A program made the translations under genes and the position numbers. A model generated the notes under the pieces. That model ran no database searches, was not told the DNA's origin, and saw only the letters and a list, made by a program, of their open reading frames with translations. A stretch of 248,000 nt of DNA from Wallemia ichthyophaga EXF-994 (taxonomy: Eukaryota; Fungi; Basidiomycota), in the NCBI RefSeq assembly GCF_000400465.1, contig NW_008806280.1, forward strand, positions 20,001-268,000, in the 5' to 3' direction. Shown piece by piece: positions 178,901-193,165 of the stretch. Every line of letters starts with the position of its first letter. Position 1 is the stretch's first letter.

Positions 178901-180706
178901 TGAAACTGGAGATGCGCATATAAGAATAGCGTTCAATCCAGACATCAGCATTGAAAATCTTCCCACCAATCGCTTCTACAGATTTGCCATGAATTCAAAG
179001 CCGCACTTTAATCAATATGGCCAGAGCATAAATCAAGCCGTTCAATTCGTACAGATGCCAGCTGATGCATTGTTCACACTGGAACTCGACCCTCCACAAT
179101 CCTGGATCGCTAGACCTGTGTATGCACCAGTAGATCTAGACAATCTCAATCTTGTTACAGCGCCGTACAAAGACCTGAATGTAATCTTTCAGCTGGACAA
179201 GATAGTTGTTGATGGGCATGCCAGAGACTCAAAGACAAGTTTGCCTCCGAGGGGCCTTCAGGTTGCTTTGAAACACGGCCAAATTGATACACAAATAGTT
179301 GCAAATCTTGGTTATCTGCAACTAGCAGTGACGCCCGGTCAGTGGTCTCTCGAAATCAGAGAAGGTTATGGCAGGCAAGTATACGAAATCGAGAGTTTAG
179401 GAAGCCTAGGTTGGAATAGCCCCACAGTCGATGAAGGCTTCGAGACATTCATGTTGGATAGCTTTGAAGGCGTCAAGCTTTACCCAAGGTTTAAGAAAAA
179501 GCCAGGTATGGAGGGAGTTGACGTGCTTTCCGAGCAGCGCGAGACAGGTTTGGTACCTTATGCGAAGGCAGCTATTTCAACGTGAGTTTTTACGAATTTT
179601 GAAGCTTTTTCTTAGACGGTGACAGACTTAAATCGTTCTTGGGCTTCACATATGAGTCTGATCATGCGGATATCAATATTTTTACTGTAGCTTCCGGTCT
179701 GCTGTACGAGGTGAGCTCAGAAATTAGATGACCAAACGATTCTTACACAAACAGCGATTTGCTTCTATCATGATACTTTCGGTGCTAAAGCACACGAATC
179801 ATTCCGTCAAGTTTTGGTTCATCGAGAACTTTTTGTCGCCCTCGTTCATAGAGTTTTTACCACACCTGGCTAAGGAGTATGGCTTCAAGTATGAGCTTGT
179901 TACTTACAAATGGCCGAGCTGGCTACGTCCACAAAAGGAAAGACAAAGAATGTTGTGGGCATACAAAATTCTCTTCCTCGACGTCCTCTTTCCAATGAGT
180001 CTCGACAAGGTGATTTTTGTAGATGCTGATAACATAGTAAGAACAGATCTCAAACAGCTAATCGATGTAGACTTGCACGGTCGTGCTTATGGCTATCCGC
180101 CGATCGGGATGGATAGGGAGGAGATGGATGGCTACCGTTTTTGGACAGAAGGGTATTGGAAGGACTATTTGCGCGGTCGCAAGTACCATATCAGCGCGTT
180201 GTACGTGGTGGATCTGAAGAGATTCAGACAGATTGCCGCGGGAGATCGTTTAAGGGGGCAATATCAAGGTCTTTCTGCTGACCCTGGCTCACTTGCAAAC
180301 CTGGATCAAGATTTACCCAACAATTTCCAAACAGAAGTGCCTATCTGGACGCTTGACGGGTCTTGGCTGTGGTGTGAAACTTGGAACTCAGAGGAGAGCA
180401 TAACACAGGCAAAGACGATTGATCTTTGCAACAACCCAAAGACAGTGAGTGTCTCATCCGCTATATTCAAATATTCACAACGCACAGAAAGAACCCAAGC
180501 TAGAAAGAGCGCGCAAGATTCCCGAATGGACAGAATATGATGATGATATCCGACAATTTAGTGACAAGCTCGCAAAAGAAAAGCTAATTAAGTCATTGCT
180601 CGTTACAGAAACTGAAGAGCTGGCGCAAGGCCCGAAGGCAGCAGCAGAGGAAGCGCCGACAGCACCAGATTATTTCAAAGATAACCACAGAAAAGACGAA
180701 TTGTAG
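175930..180706 (+). CDS. UDP-glucose:glycoprotein glucosyltransferase
   Basis: GWGVKLDLK; GT24 [21 protein letters not shown]; C-terminal KDEL. Confidence 0.94.
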
Positions 180707-180906
180707 ATAAAAATTAATTTGAAGCCGATCAGTTGACGCCATGTGCGTATACGCAGCAAGATCCTTATCGTGAGGTTGTGGGTGGTAGAGGAAATAAGCG
180801 AATCAAGGCAGCTACCAGCGTTGGAGTACTGTATGATACTCCAAGTGACTGCTGGCTGACTGCTGGGGATTGCCTCTCTCACCTCAACCACCATCACTTG
180901 CGACTG

Positions 180907-183900
180907 ATGAGTGCAATCGTGGTCCTTCCCAACGGCTCCACGCTTGATGTGTTACATACCAGCGCATCAGACGCCCTGCACGAGCTGTCGACTGTCCAAA
181001 TTTCGCTGACTTGGATACATGTAATTAGGAAGTACTGGCTCCTCGGAAAGCTGCGAGATGCCGAGACTATTTGCACTAGGGCTGCTGAATGTGAGTCCGC
181101 TGTCTTGGACCACCTGTTTCTCACAGCTCGCAGTATTCCAGCGCGACGCTCTTAGTATCTCCAAGCTGTCGACTCTCAAGGGAAATCTCTATTTGGACAT
181201 TGCAAGGGAATCCCCAAAGATTTTGCTATCAAATCCCAGTGAGGATGTCCACGCCGGTGACACCAAATGCCGCAAGGATTACATGCTCGCTGCCGCCGCT
181301 CAATTTGTTAGTGCCGATAAGTCGCTCCAAAGCATCGGTGAAGTCTCTCAGATCAATTCACCACTCTATCTGGGCAAGGCGTCCTTGCAATTGGCGCAGG
181401 GAAACCTTGATGAAGCCTTTAAAACGTTTAACGCCATTCTCAAGAACCATACTCGCAATGTCTTTGCTTTGATGGGCAAAGCAAGAATATTGCACGTCAA
181501 GCGTCATTACGCTGAGGCTTTGCGCGTCTATCAGGATATTCTTAGGATATCTCCTCGCGTAAAACCAGATCCAAGGATCGGCATTGGTTTATGCTTTTGG
181601 CAACTCAAATGCCCCCTTGAAGCAAAGGCTGCATGGGAAAGAAGCGCTGCTCTTGTGAGTCTATTCACACCCTTCTCAACGTCGCTTATTTGATTTAGAA
181701 CCCCAATTTGTACGCTCCACAGCTTCTGTTGGGTCTTCTGAACATCAACGACGCTAAAAAGCCTGATGAGCAAGATCACTACCGTGTTAAGGCGTACAAC
181801 AGGGGTATCAGATACGTACATACTGCATATAAACTCAACGAAAAAAACTCCAACGCCGCAAATGTTCTATCGTACTACTTCTTGGGTAAACGGAAGCTTC
181901 CAGTGGCAATAAAGTATGCTGAACGCGCAATTCAATATGCTGATGCTATACCCGTTCTTGTCGATGCTTACAACAATTTAGCACGCGTACACCACCTTAG
182001 CGGAAATACTGATGAAGCTCTTCGCTGCTACAAAGTCGCATTGGAGCGCTCTCCAAATAATATTGTGGCGCAGCTTGGTCGAGGACAGCTGCTTCTGAAC
182101 GATGAATCATTAACGCAGGCTGTTCACCATTTTGATAAGCTGGTTCAATCTCAGAGTCAAAAAGGATTGGCAAATCCAGAGGCTTTGTTAGTTCTCGCAA
182201 CTTTGCGCTCAAAAGTTTTGCCTGGTATATCTACGAATGAGCTACAAAAGAACAAAGAATCCGCTCGCGAGTTGTTCGATAAGTTTTTGAAAACGGTGTC
182301 GAAAGCATCCTCACCACATGAAACAGTCAGAGGTCTCGGTAACGAAGCTGAAACTTACGTTGAACTGGCTAGGCTTTGGGAGAAAGACAATATAAAGAAA
182401 TCCAGTGAGGCTTACGAGCGGGCATGTAATGTACGAAAAGAGCAAAATCTTTCTATGCCGATCGAGCTTTTGAACAATGTTGCAGTGCTTACAGCAAAGA
182501 TTGGCAATGTGGATAATGCAGTATCTTACCTCCAAGAGGCAGTTACTCGACTTGATAATGGTGAATCTAATACAAGAGACTTTTGCATTAGGAATATAGA
182601 TATCAAGCAACATATTTGTACTATGAAATACAACTTGGCGCGGATTCTTGAAGACGGAAAAGATGTTCAACATGCCAAGAAACTTTACATGCAAGTCCTC
182701 GAAATTCATCCAGAGTACTTTGAATGTAAAGTGCGACTCGCTTCACTTTATATGGATGAAAACATGCCAGATGAAGCTCACACATTACTCAAGGAGGTGC
182801 TCACAACGTGGAATGACCACAAGAACTTAAGAGCATTCTACACAAACTTCTTGATGCGATATGATATGTCGTCAGCCAAACGGTTCTGCGATGATACACT
182901 GAAGAAGGTCGCACCGAATGATATCTATGCACTTTGCGTGTCGGGCTGGGTTACTTATGTAAAATCAAGGGATATGCGCCCAAAAGTTGGAACCTCAGAA
183001 GTGAAAGACCGGGAAAGACAGTTCAGAGAGGCTATAATTTACTGGGAGAAGGCTTTGAGGTATGATCCAAAATGTGTTTATGCCGCTCAAGGACTTGCTA
183101 TCGCTATAGCAGAGAACGTTGTTCCAGATCCATCACGTCGAGATGGTCAAGAGCCAAGTGAAGAAGAAAATACTAAGGCCAGACGCGATGCGCTTGGAGT
183201 ATTTGCCAAAATAAGAGACTGTCTGGATGAGGCATCAGTTTATATCAACATGGGACATTGCTTCTACGCTCAGGATGAATTTGATAAGGCGGTTGAAGTC
183301 TACGAGCACAGCTTAGCTAGACATGAGGAGGTATCGTCGCTGTTACATGCTTGCAGGGCTAATTACAGCAAGGGAGTCCAAAAGTCGGATTTCAAATTTC
183401 TCGAGAAGGCACTGGCTTATGCTCAAACTGCAACAAAGAAGTCACCTAAGGACAAGTCTGTCAAGTACAATATAGCTATGATTGAGCAGAAAATGCTACA
183501 AGTAGTGCTGGATACACCAATCGAGAAGAGGGCTCTTAGGGATTTGGAGAGAGCTATAGAATTATCACCAGAATCACAGGAGTTATTCGGTCAGTTAGCT
183601 GCTGAGGAACCTGCAACAGTGCCATTTAGCATAGACCTTGCCGAGCAGCGTCAGGCGTTTGGTGAGGGACTCGCCGTGCGTGGGCCTGGTGAAATCGAAA
183701 AGCAGCAGGCGTATGAGGCAGAGAAGGTGGAGAAGAGTGAAAAGTACAAACTGGAGAAGGAGGCAGCTCAACAGAAAGCGAAGGAAGATGAGGCACACAG
183801 ATTAGATATGATCAAAAAGCGCAGCGAGGAGTTGGCGGAGAAACGCAAGCAGGCGCAAGAGGACATAAAGAATTTACGAGAAACACTTAAGGCAGAAGAA

Positions 183901-184340
183901 GAAGCCGAGGAGAGGAGTAAGAGCGAGAAGAAAAACAAGACCAAGAGGAAAGGCTCTGAGGATGGCCAAAGTGGTGATGAAGAAGCGCCAAAGAAACCTA
184001 AGCGCAAGACGAACAAGAAGAAGAAGCTTCGCAAGAAAGCGGGGTCAGACGGCGAAGAGAATGGAGCTGCACAGGACGAGAATGGCGCTAAGCAGGAGAA
184101 TAGCGCTAAACAGGAGAATCAATCAGCGTCTGAGGGCGAAGATGGGAACGATGGAGAGGAGAATGAGAAAGCAAAGCCATCCAAGCCAATGAGCCGGAAA
184201 AGACCGAGCTCAGTTTCAGAAGATGCTGAGAGGAAGAAAGCTAAAACGTCGTGAGTGCTAACTGATAACAGCGGAGACACAATTGACAGAAATACAGGCA
184301 GCTTTCCAAAGAGGTAATCTCAGATTCTGGAGAAGAATAA
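180907..184340 (+). CDS. CTR9: Paf1 complex TPR subunit
   Basis: TPRs; PDPRIGIGLC; YAAQGLAI. Confidence 0.92.
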
Positions 184341-184397
184341 TTTTGTAAAGTTAAATATTTTATCTAACGCTTGACTTGACTTTGTGTAGATACGCTG

Positions 184398-185923
184398 ATG
184401 ACAACTGAATACGCGGGATCGTCAAACGAGGCAGTGGAAATTAGATTGCGTGGGTGCTTAATATGGAATCCTTGCTCTACTAAAATATTGCAGGTAGAAG
184501 CGAGGCTGATGAACGCCAGCTGGAATCCGAGGAAGAGTTGAGGCTGACGCGACCATGGAATCCAACATTCACGTATCCAATATTTGGTACAGAGGAGCAA
184601 ATTTATGGCTATAAGAATCTGAAAGTTACTGTGAGTCAACGCGCACACAGTCTTACACTGGCTTAAACGTCGTCCAGGTTGATATGGCTTCTGGCTCATT
184701 GAAATCTCAACTCAACGTAAATTACGGCGATAAGAAAGAGGATGCTGATAACGTTGTCGACAGTATCAAGGAATATTTACCATTAGGTGGGTTCTTTAGC
184801 CACGGGGAACGTCTTGAGTAACTCGGCGCAGAGGAAGGAGACTTTGAAGAGCTTTTGGACAGAGACGCGCGGGAATTCAAACCTTGCGGTGATCTTATTA
184901 AAACATACACACGCGCGTCCGCAAAATCTCAAGGCAAAGGTAAAGGAAAGAGAAGGAAGGTCGAAACGTCATCAGGATCAGTCGCGGGCGAGGAAGGCGA
185001 TGTTGTGTACGAGATATACAGAGCTAAGTGGGATACTCCCGGCTGGAAAGCTTTTAATAAGCGGATGCAATTCTTTTTGTTGTTGGTAGGTGCTTTTGTC
185101 TCAGATAGAATCAAAGCGTATTGACGTAAAAAGTTTATCGAAGCAGCAAACTATCTCGAAGAAGATGACGACAACTGGGAATTCTTCACTTTGTTCGAGA
185201 AGAGGAGCAGAGATAACGGAGAAAACACATATCACTTCGTTGGATATTCATCTCTTTACTCCTTCTATCACTTCCCTACTGGTCGTAGGCAACGTTTATC
185301 GTATGTTCTTCTTGTTTGATTGAGCATCATTTCTCATTCGCATTCGCTGCAGACAATTCTTCATCTTGCCTCCATATCAAAGACAAAGCCATGCATCTGA
185401 ACTGTATAACGCTATTCGCAGTGATGTGCTGTCTAGACAGGAGATTATTGAATTAGGTGTGGAGGATCCTTCAGAGTCATTTGACGTCCTTCGTGACGTG
185501 AATGATCTTCGTTGGTTGAGCGATGAGCACCTTCTAGACAATAAAACGGCTGCAGACATGAACAGGAATTGGATAGAACAAGAAAGACAAAAGCTTAAAG
185601 TGCCCAAGCGCCAGTTTCTGCGTTTGATCGAGATGCTTCTGCTTCACAAGCTGGATCCAAAGAATCAAGAGCAGTCCAAGAGGTTCAGACTTTTGGTGAG
185701 CTTTAAGTTAACTTGTTCAAAACATTTTAACAGACTCAATAGGTTAAAGATCGTCTTTACAGGTTCAACTACGTAGGTAACTCAGAAAATAGTCAATATA
185801 TCTCACAGTATACAGGAACAATTAATTGGTTTGACGCCAGAAGAGAGGAAAGCTGCTTTACAGCTGACTTATGAAGGTGTTGTTGACAACTACCGTGATG
185901 TACTTCTCAAAAGTCATATCTGA
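184398..185923 (+). CDS. HAT1: Histone acetyltransferase type B
   Basis: PIFGTEEQIYGY; FIEAA; LPPYQRQSH; VEDPSE.F. Confidence 0.9.
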
Positions 185924-185998
185924 TGGTTGTGAGAACGAATTACATCTTGCTATACATTACATGAGAAAAGAAATGCAACCGAATTCTAAGAAATTTCC

Positions 185999-187462
185999 TT
186001 ATGTCGCAAAATCCTCACTGGCACTTTCATAATCCGACACATTTGCCTCGTGGACTTCACTGGCAGGTTTGCTATTGGCTGCGTTGGCTGCTACTGAAGC
186101 GTCCAAGGAACGATCAGAACTGAAGTCGAATTTCTTGAAGTCTTGAGAATCTTGAGAGACAATAGAGCCATTCTGCGCATCGGAATTTTCTTGAGCTCTT
186201 TCAGAAGCGTTTTGACCCAGCTTGCTAAATCTAGACATGGCCGTAACTGCTCTAATAGCGCTTCTCCATCTAAGATACCAGTCAGACGAGCTTTGGATCA
186301 CAAAGATCTGCATACTTCTCGCGACTGTTGAATGCATCCCGCAAACCTTCACTCACATCGTGTTCAGAGAGATTTTGATCTTTGAACCACTGGAAATGTT
186401 AGATGGATCAGGAAGGAAGGAATGTAAATACCTGGTGGTTGAGCGCTTGCTCAGCTGTGAGTCTTTTGGATGGGTCGGGTTGCAACAGAGCTTTAACAAA
186501 GTCCTTTGCTGGAGTGGAGTTAGAGTGCACGGAGATGAGGTTGTGACTCACCATGATCGCTGACTTTAGACCAGTATCTTTCGTGGAACTCAATCTTTCC
186601 TCTGTTAGTTTCTTTAATCAACTCACTCAGTTCTTCAGAACGGAAGGGAGAGTAACCACATAATAAGACATAAGTGACGACACCGATGGCCCAGAGGTCA
186701 ACAGGCTTACTGTGAGCATCGTTGTTGAGTATCTCTGGAGCAGCATAACCGACAGAGCCAGCAAGTGAGGTAATTTGAGCGTTATGACTGTCTAAACGCT
186801 GAGAAATACCAAAATCGGCAATAACAACGCCAGAGCCAGCATCTTTACTTTTGTAGAGAATATTTTCAGGTTTTATATCGCGATGCACGACATTATTTGA
186901 GTGCATATATGCAGTAGCATCGACAATAGACATGATAACGGTCGCAGCGTTTTTCTCCTGGGATGGAGAGTTAGGGGAATTGAAAGACAAGTCAAATAAA
187001 GCAATACTCACGGTAAACCTTCCCTTACGAGCGATTCTATCAAATAGCTCACCGCCAGTGGCAAGTTGGAAACTGAGGTACCAAGTGTCTCTCGATTCAT
187101 ACCACTCGTAGAAAGAAACGATATTGGGATGATTAAGATGTTTGAGTAGATTAGTCTCATCAAATATGGCACTCTCATTCCCCTGAGCCTTTTTCTTGGA
187201 AATCACTTTAACGGCAACGTCCTGCTTTCCATCTGGATGGTTATCCCACTCGGCTCGTACGACCTATAACGATTAGATAGACAGATATAAAAACACCAGC
187301 CCCACCTTTCCAAATGCACCTTCTCCTAACTGTGCGTGTGTGTGTCTGTGTAAGCTGTGTTTCGGTGGCAGCGTATTTCCTCACAACTTCACCAAAATTG
187401 TAGCTCTTCTTCTTGTAATAAGATTCTGGTTGTGGCAGCAATGTGTCCCTTAAAAAACCCAT
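185999..187462 (-). CDS. CMK1: Ca2+/calmodulin-dependent kinase
   Basis: GGELFDRI, HRDIKPEN, GSVGYAAPE. Confidence 0.9.
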
Positions 187463-187530
187463 AAATCCAAGACCGTGATAAGCGTGATGGCCGTGTGTGT
187501 TGAACCTTGGCTGCGCTACATCATCATCTT

Positions 187531-188752
187531 ATGAGCAGCGACAGCGACAATAGCGCAAACGATTTTGTTGGGAAACGTAAATCACCACCAGTGGATTCTC
187601 AGGAAATCCAAAACTCAGCAAAACGCCCAAACGATTCTGTTGGGAAGCGTAAATCACCACCCGTGGATTCTCAGGAAATCCAAAACTCAGCAAAACGCCC
187701 AAGAGTAGAACCTATGGATACCATTAAGATGGAGAAGAACATGTTTGGTCTTGATCCGAGCGATGAATTCATTAAAGAGATTTCCGATTGGATTTGGTTA
187801 AAGACCAAGAATTGCAAGCATAAAGTTGAGGTTGGTGGGCTTAGAATCACGTAGATATAGCTGAGACGGCTTGATTAGGTGGAGGCCAAAGTTGGACGAT
187901 TTTTAGATCAAAGTGCGCAGAGAGCAGGATTGCCTGTCGCAGTAGAGACCATTCTCTCTAATACAGACGGTTTAAAGTTTGAGTCGAATATGACAGAGGT
188001 GTGTTTATCTCACATGCTATATTCCATTCAATTGCACTCCTCACACAGAATCAGGCTCAACATAAGCATTACAATGGAATTCTCAATAAACGCGCATCGC
188101 AACTAAATCAAAACTTGCGTAGTAAAATAGACTGTGTCCACAATAAAGAGATAGACTCATTTCATTCGTCCGGTCGTGGCTCAGGTAAGGTTCGTGTAAC
188201 TAGAGATCAGGGCAAGACGGATATCAAAGAAATGATTGAAAAGGTGCGCGTAGCAGATTTGGCTATTTACTCACCCAAGAGGCTCTTCGATTGGAGGTTA
188301 AGCATAAACATGGAAGTGCCGCGTATGTTTAACCTAATTAATCCTCTGAGGAAGCCATGACACCATGTTTAGATAACGACCTGCCGAAACAAGACCCTTA
188401 TTATCAACGGAAAAAAGATAGAATGAGCTACACACAGCAGGAGATGCAAGTCGACCTAACGCAAGTATTTGCGAGGCCCGGTGAAGTGAGTCGGAGTTGT
188501 TTGTACAATGCTCTCGCTGACGCTGATTACAGCCACCGACGCACGAGCTCGAGCTTGAGATACGTAGGCCTAAATTTCTCATGGAAGAAGGCAAAAAACG
188601 CGAGCGAGGATTACCAAACATGTGTAAGCTCTATCGCACGCGTTTGTAATGACGTAAACTAAGAAAAATCCAAGACGACGAGTTAATCAAAGTATTTGTG
188701 AGCAACATAAGGATGCTTGTTAGGAATGGGATTTGAATTTATCTTGATGTAG
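187531..188752 (+). CDS. CET1: CYTH-family mRNA 5'-triphosphatase
   Basis: EVEAKVG; FESNM; DWRLSINME; RKKDRMSY; ELE. Confidence 0.85.
187561..187704 (+). repeat. 72-bp tandem duplication in CET1
   Basis: Two near-identical copies encoding D(F/S)VGKRKSPPVDSQEIQNSAKRP. Confidence 0.95.
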
Positions 188753-188801
188753 CAAATATATTTTCTAACTCACGTAAAAAATTCACATTATTAAGTTGAG
188801 A

Positions 188802-189060
188802 ACGCGTCTCAAAACCATCTTCATCATTATCAATCAACGGCATTTATCCAAGATAAAATAAATGTGAGTGAATTGATATATTCACGCGTATAATTACTCA
188901 CAGTATCTTACCAGCTAATTTCATATCGCCACGATGTCCGGAATGACAGTACGTCGATTGACGCGTCCAGCGTTCTTGACTAACATATGCACAAGGTTTT
189001 TAAGCGCGACGGCCGTAAAGAAAGCGTAGCCTTTGATAAGTGGGTTTTTCTAACACGCGT
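188802..189060. promoter_or_regulatory. Four MCB (ACGCGT) boxes at the RNR1 5' end
   Basis: ACGCGT at 188802, 188884, 188961, 189055. Confidence 0.6.
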
Positions 189061-191814
189061 AACCGTCTCTAAACGTGATTTTCAGAATCACAGCGAGAAT
189101 CAATAAGCTTTGCTATGGACTTGATTCAAATCACGTAGACCCAATTGAGATTACAAAGAAGGTCGTACAAGGTGTTCACCAGGGCATCACCACCGTCGAG
189201 CTCGACAATTTAGCTGCCGAAACGGCTGCATACCTCACTGTAAAAGTAGGTTGGTCACTGTACAATCATATACCCACGAATCTCACATCCATCACTAGCA
189301 CCCTGATTACGCTGTACTCGCAGCTAGAATAGCCATTTCAAACTTACACAAGGAAACCAAGAAGGCTTTTTCGGCTGTTATCGAAGATCTCTACAAATAT
189401 GTAAATCCAAGAAATGGCAAGCCAGGTCCACTTATTAGCGACGAGACGTATGATATAATAATGAAAAACCGCGGCGTACTTGACTCTGCTATCCTCTACG
189501 ATCGCGATTTTAACTACAATTTGTGAGTTGGGTTTTGTGCATACTAGCATCCTAACATTCTCATAGCTTTGGTTTTAAGACTCTTGAAAGATCATACCTT
189601 CTTCGTATAAATGGCAAGGTCGCAGAGCGTCCACAGCACATGTTGATGCGTGTAGCAGTTGGAATCCACGGTGCAGACATCGAGCGCGTTATCGAAACTT
189701 ATAACCTTATGTCAATCAAGGCATTTACGCACGCCAGTCCAACCCTCTTCAATGCTGGTACACCACAGCCTCAAATGTCCTCGTGCTTCTTGGTTACTAT
189801 GCAAGACGACTCCATTGAAGGCATTTACGATACTCTCAAGTCTTGTGCCCTTATTTCAAAGACTGCAGGTGGTATCGGTTTAAACATACACTGCATTCGT
189901 GCAACCGGATCTTACATTTCTGGTACTAATGGTTCTTCAAATGGTATCGTACCAATGCTCAGAGCATTTGATGCAACAGCACGTTACGTTGATCAAGGTG
190001 GTAATAAGAGACCTGGTGCTTTTGCCATCTACCTTGAGCCATGGCACCCTGACGTCTTTGAGTTCTTGGATTTGCGTAAAAACCACGGTAAGGAAGAAGT
190101 CAGAGCCCGTGATTTATTCTATGCTTTATGGATACCAGACTTGTTCATGCAACGTGTTCAAGAGAACGGTGACTGGCCTTTGTTCTGCCCACACGAAGCA
190201 CCTGGCTTACATGAGGTTTGGGGTAAAGAATTTGAGCAACTCTTCTTCAAGTACGAGAGAGAAGGTAGATCAAAGAAGGTGGTCAAAGCACAAAAGCTTT
190301 GGTACTCTATTCTCGACTCACAAGTCGAGACTGGTGGTCCATTCATGTTATACAAAGATCACGCAAATGCCAAGTCTAACCAACAAAACCTTGGTACAAT
190401 CAAGAACTCAAACTTGTGCACAGAGATTATTGAATACTCTGCGCCTGACGAAGTTGCCGTGTGTAACCTCGCTTCGATCGCTTTACCATCATACATCAAA
190501 GATCGCAGGTTCGACTTTAAGGAATTGCATAAGGTTACAAAAGTACTTACTCGCAACCTCAACCGTATCATTGATGTGAATTACTATCCAGTAAAGGAGG
190601 CTCGTAACTCTAACATGCGCCATCGTCCAATTGGTTTGGGTGTTCAAGGTCTTGCGGATGCATTCCAACTGTTAAGATTTCCTTTCAGCTCAGAAGAAGC
190701 AAGGTTACTCAACAAGCAAATATTTGAAACCATCTACCACGCTGCCGTTGAATCATCCACAGAACTTGCTACCGAATTCGGTCCATATGAGACTTATCAA
190801 GGCAGTCCAGCTAGCAAGGGACAGTTGCAATATGATTTATGGAATGTTCAACCCACTAATTTATGGGACTGGAATGATTTGAAGCAGAAGGTGGCTCGTT
190901 GTGGTTTGAGAAATTCACTTTTAGTCGCACCAATGCCAACAGCTTCAACATCACAAATATTAGGATTCAATGAGTGCTTTGAACCTTATACATCAAATAT
191001 TTACACAAGAAGAGTTTTATCTGGAGAATTCCAGATAGTAAACCCATGGCTGTTGAAGGACTTGTGTGAGTTGGGATTATGGAATGATGGTATGAAGAAC
191101 AAGATTATTGCGCACGGTGGATCAATTCAGAATATCTCAGAAATTCCATATGAGATCAAGGAACTGTACAAGACGGTTTGGGAAATAAGTCAGAAGGTTG
191201 TCATAGATTTGGCTGCTGATAGAGGGGCGTTCATTGATCAAAGTCAGAGTTTGAATGTTCATTTGGCGTCACCAACCCATGCACAGCTAACATCTATGCA
191301 TTTCTATGCTCACAAGAGAGGATTGAAGACTGGTATGTACTACTTGCGCACACGTCCACAATCAGCAGCTATTCAATTCACTGTCGACAAGGAAGCATTA
191401 GATGAGGCGAAGAGTGCACAAAGTGGCAAGTCAACACCAACAAGTGCACCAACACCACCCAATATACTCAATGGAGTTGAAAGAATGAAGTTGGAGGATA
191501 AGAATAGTAGCACGCGCTCGAATGCAGCGAGAAATGTTTCAACGCCAGTAAGAGCAGCCACCATTTCAAGAGCAGTGAGTGGAATTGAGAATACGTCATC
191601 AATCAAGCGCACGCTGTCTTCTCACATTGACATTGAGAATGATGAGAACAACCAACCAAGAGGAGAAGAAATAGTGGCTGGTGAAGAAACGGAAGATGAA
191701 GATGAAATTGATTTTGAGACAGCCAAAGCGAGAATGGAAGCTAAGCAACTCGAGCAAGAGAAGCTTATTTGTAGCATTGAGAACAAGGAAGCGTGTGTGA
191801 TGTGTAGCGGATGA
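188862..191814 (+). CDS. RNR1: Ribonucleotide reductase large subunit
   Basis: VFKRDGRKE; SNLCTEI; PMPTASTSQ; C-terminal CVMCSG; 5' micro-exons. Confidence 0.96.
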
Positions 191815-191918
191815 AATTATATATTTTAACGAACTTGAATGTTAATATTTATATTTTACATTTTGTGTCTAGTATTTCCAATACGCCGGTTTAAACGTTG
191901 ATCTGTTTCAACCAAACA

Positions 191919-193064
191919 ATGCAATCGCCGCAATGGAAAATTCATGAGTGAGTTAAATTTACGGCTTTGGATGGTGATTTGATAGTACATTTGTATTTCC
192001 AGCGCCTTGGTTCAAGCCTCCTCGTCACAGCTAACGTAATACAGTTCAACATTGGCTGGCGGTGCAGCGGGCGTGGTGGCAAGCGTGCTTACATGTCCAT
192101 TAGACGTAATAAAAACTAGACTACAAGCTCAAAAGAAGTCCAAAGGACACACGCTGGATGGTGTAATTGGTTGGTTCACCAATTTTGTCGTCGGATTGCG
192201 GTATTTGGCGCTAACATTACGATTTATAGATACGGTAAAGAAAATATCTCATGAACAAGGATACAAAGGTTATTACAAAGGATTGGGTCCGACGATACTT
192301 GGCTATCTTCCAACTTGGGCCATTTACTTTACAGTTTATGACGAGGTCAAGGCTATTCTTTCAAGCAAGCGAGGTGTGTAGACTTTTATATGCTACAATG
192401 CTATTTCTTACTTAGGAATCAAGGTGACCCCGATGGAGTAGATTGGTCAACTCATATGATTGCATCTGCTAGTGCGGGCGCTACAGGCGCAACTCTCACC
192501 AACCCATTGTGGGTGGTAAAAACAAGATTCATGGTGAGATTCTTTGGTTATTTGCGGATTCATTGCTTATTCCTTGCCTAGACTCAGGAGAAGGGAACGA
192601 TACCATATAGACATACTTTACACGCTTTGGAATCCATTTATAAGAATGAAGGGATGAAAGGTTTCTATAAAGGATTGATACCGTCACTGGTCGGAGTGAC
192701 GCACGTAGTAATTCAATTCCCGGTGTACGAAAGACTCAAGTTGAAAATGAAGAAGGCTGATAATGGTGAATTATCTACTATTTCACTTCTCGCCTGCTCT
192801 TCAATATCCAAAATGATGGCATCAGTTTCGACTTATCCACACGAAGTAGTCAGGACGCGACTCCAGGTGGAGAGGAGGTATCACCACGGACTTAATAATA
192901 GAAAGATACTTACAGTCATTAATGACATTTTATCGGAATCAGGATTTAAAGGTTTGTACAAAGGACTATCGGTGACGTTACTTCGAACGGTCCCAAATAG
193001 TGCGATGACATTGTTAGCGTACGAAATGATTATGTCAGAGTTAAGCAAATCAAGGCGAAAGTAA
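191919..193064 (+). CDS. Mitochondrial carrier (NAD+ transporter-like)
   Basis: TCPLDVIKTRLQ; GYLPTWAIYF; TNPLWVVKTR. Confidence 0.88.
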
Positions 193065-193165
193065 TTTATACCACTTGTATTCTAATCTGTTAAATTTTAT
193101 CTGGCACATGACATAGCCCTGTGCCTAAGGATGCGGTGCACCAAACATTTTATTAACCGACAGCG

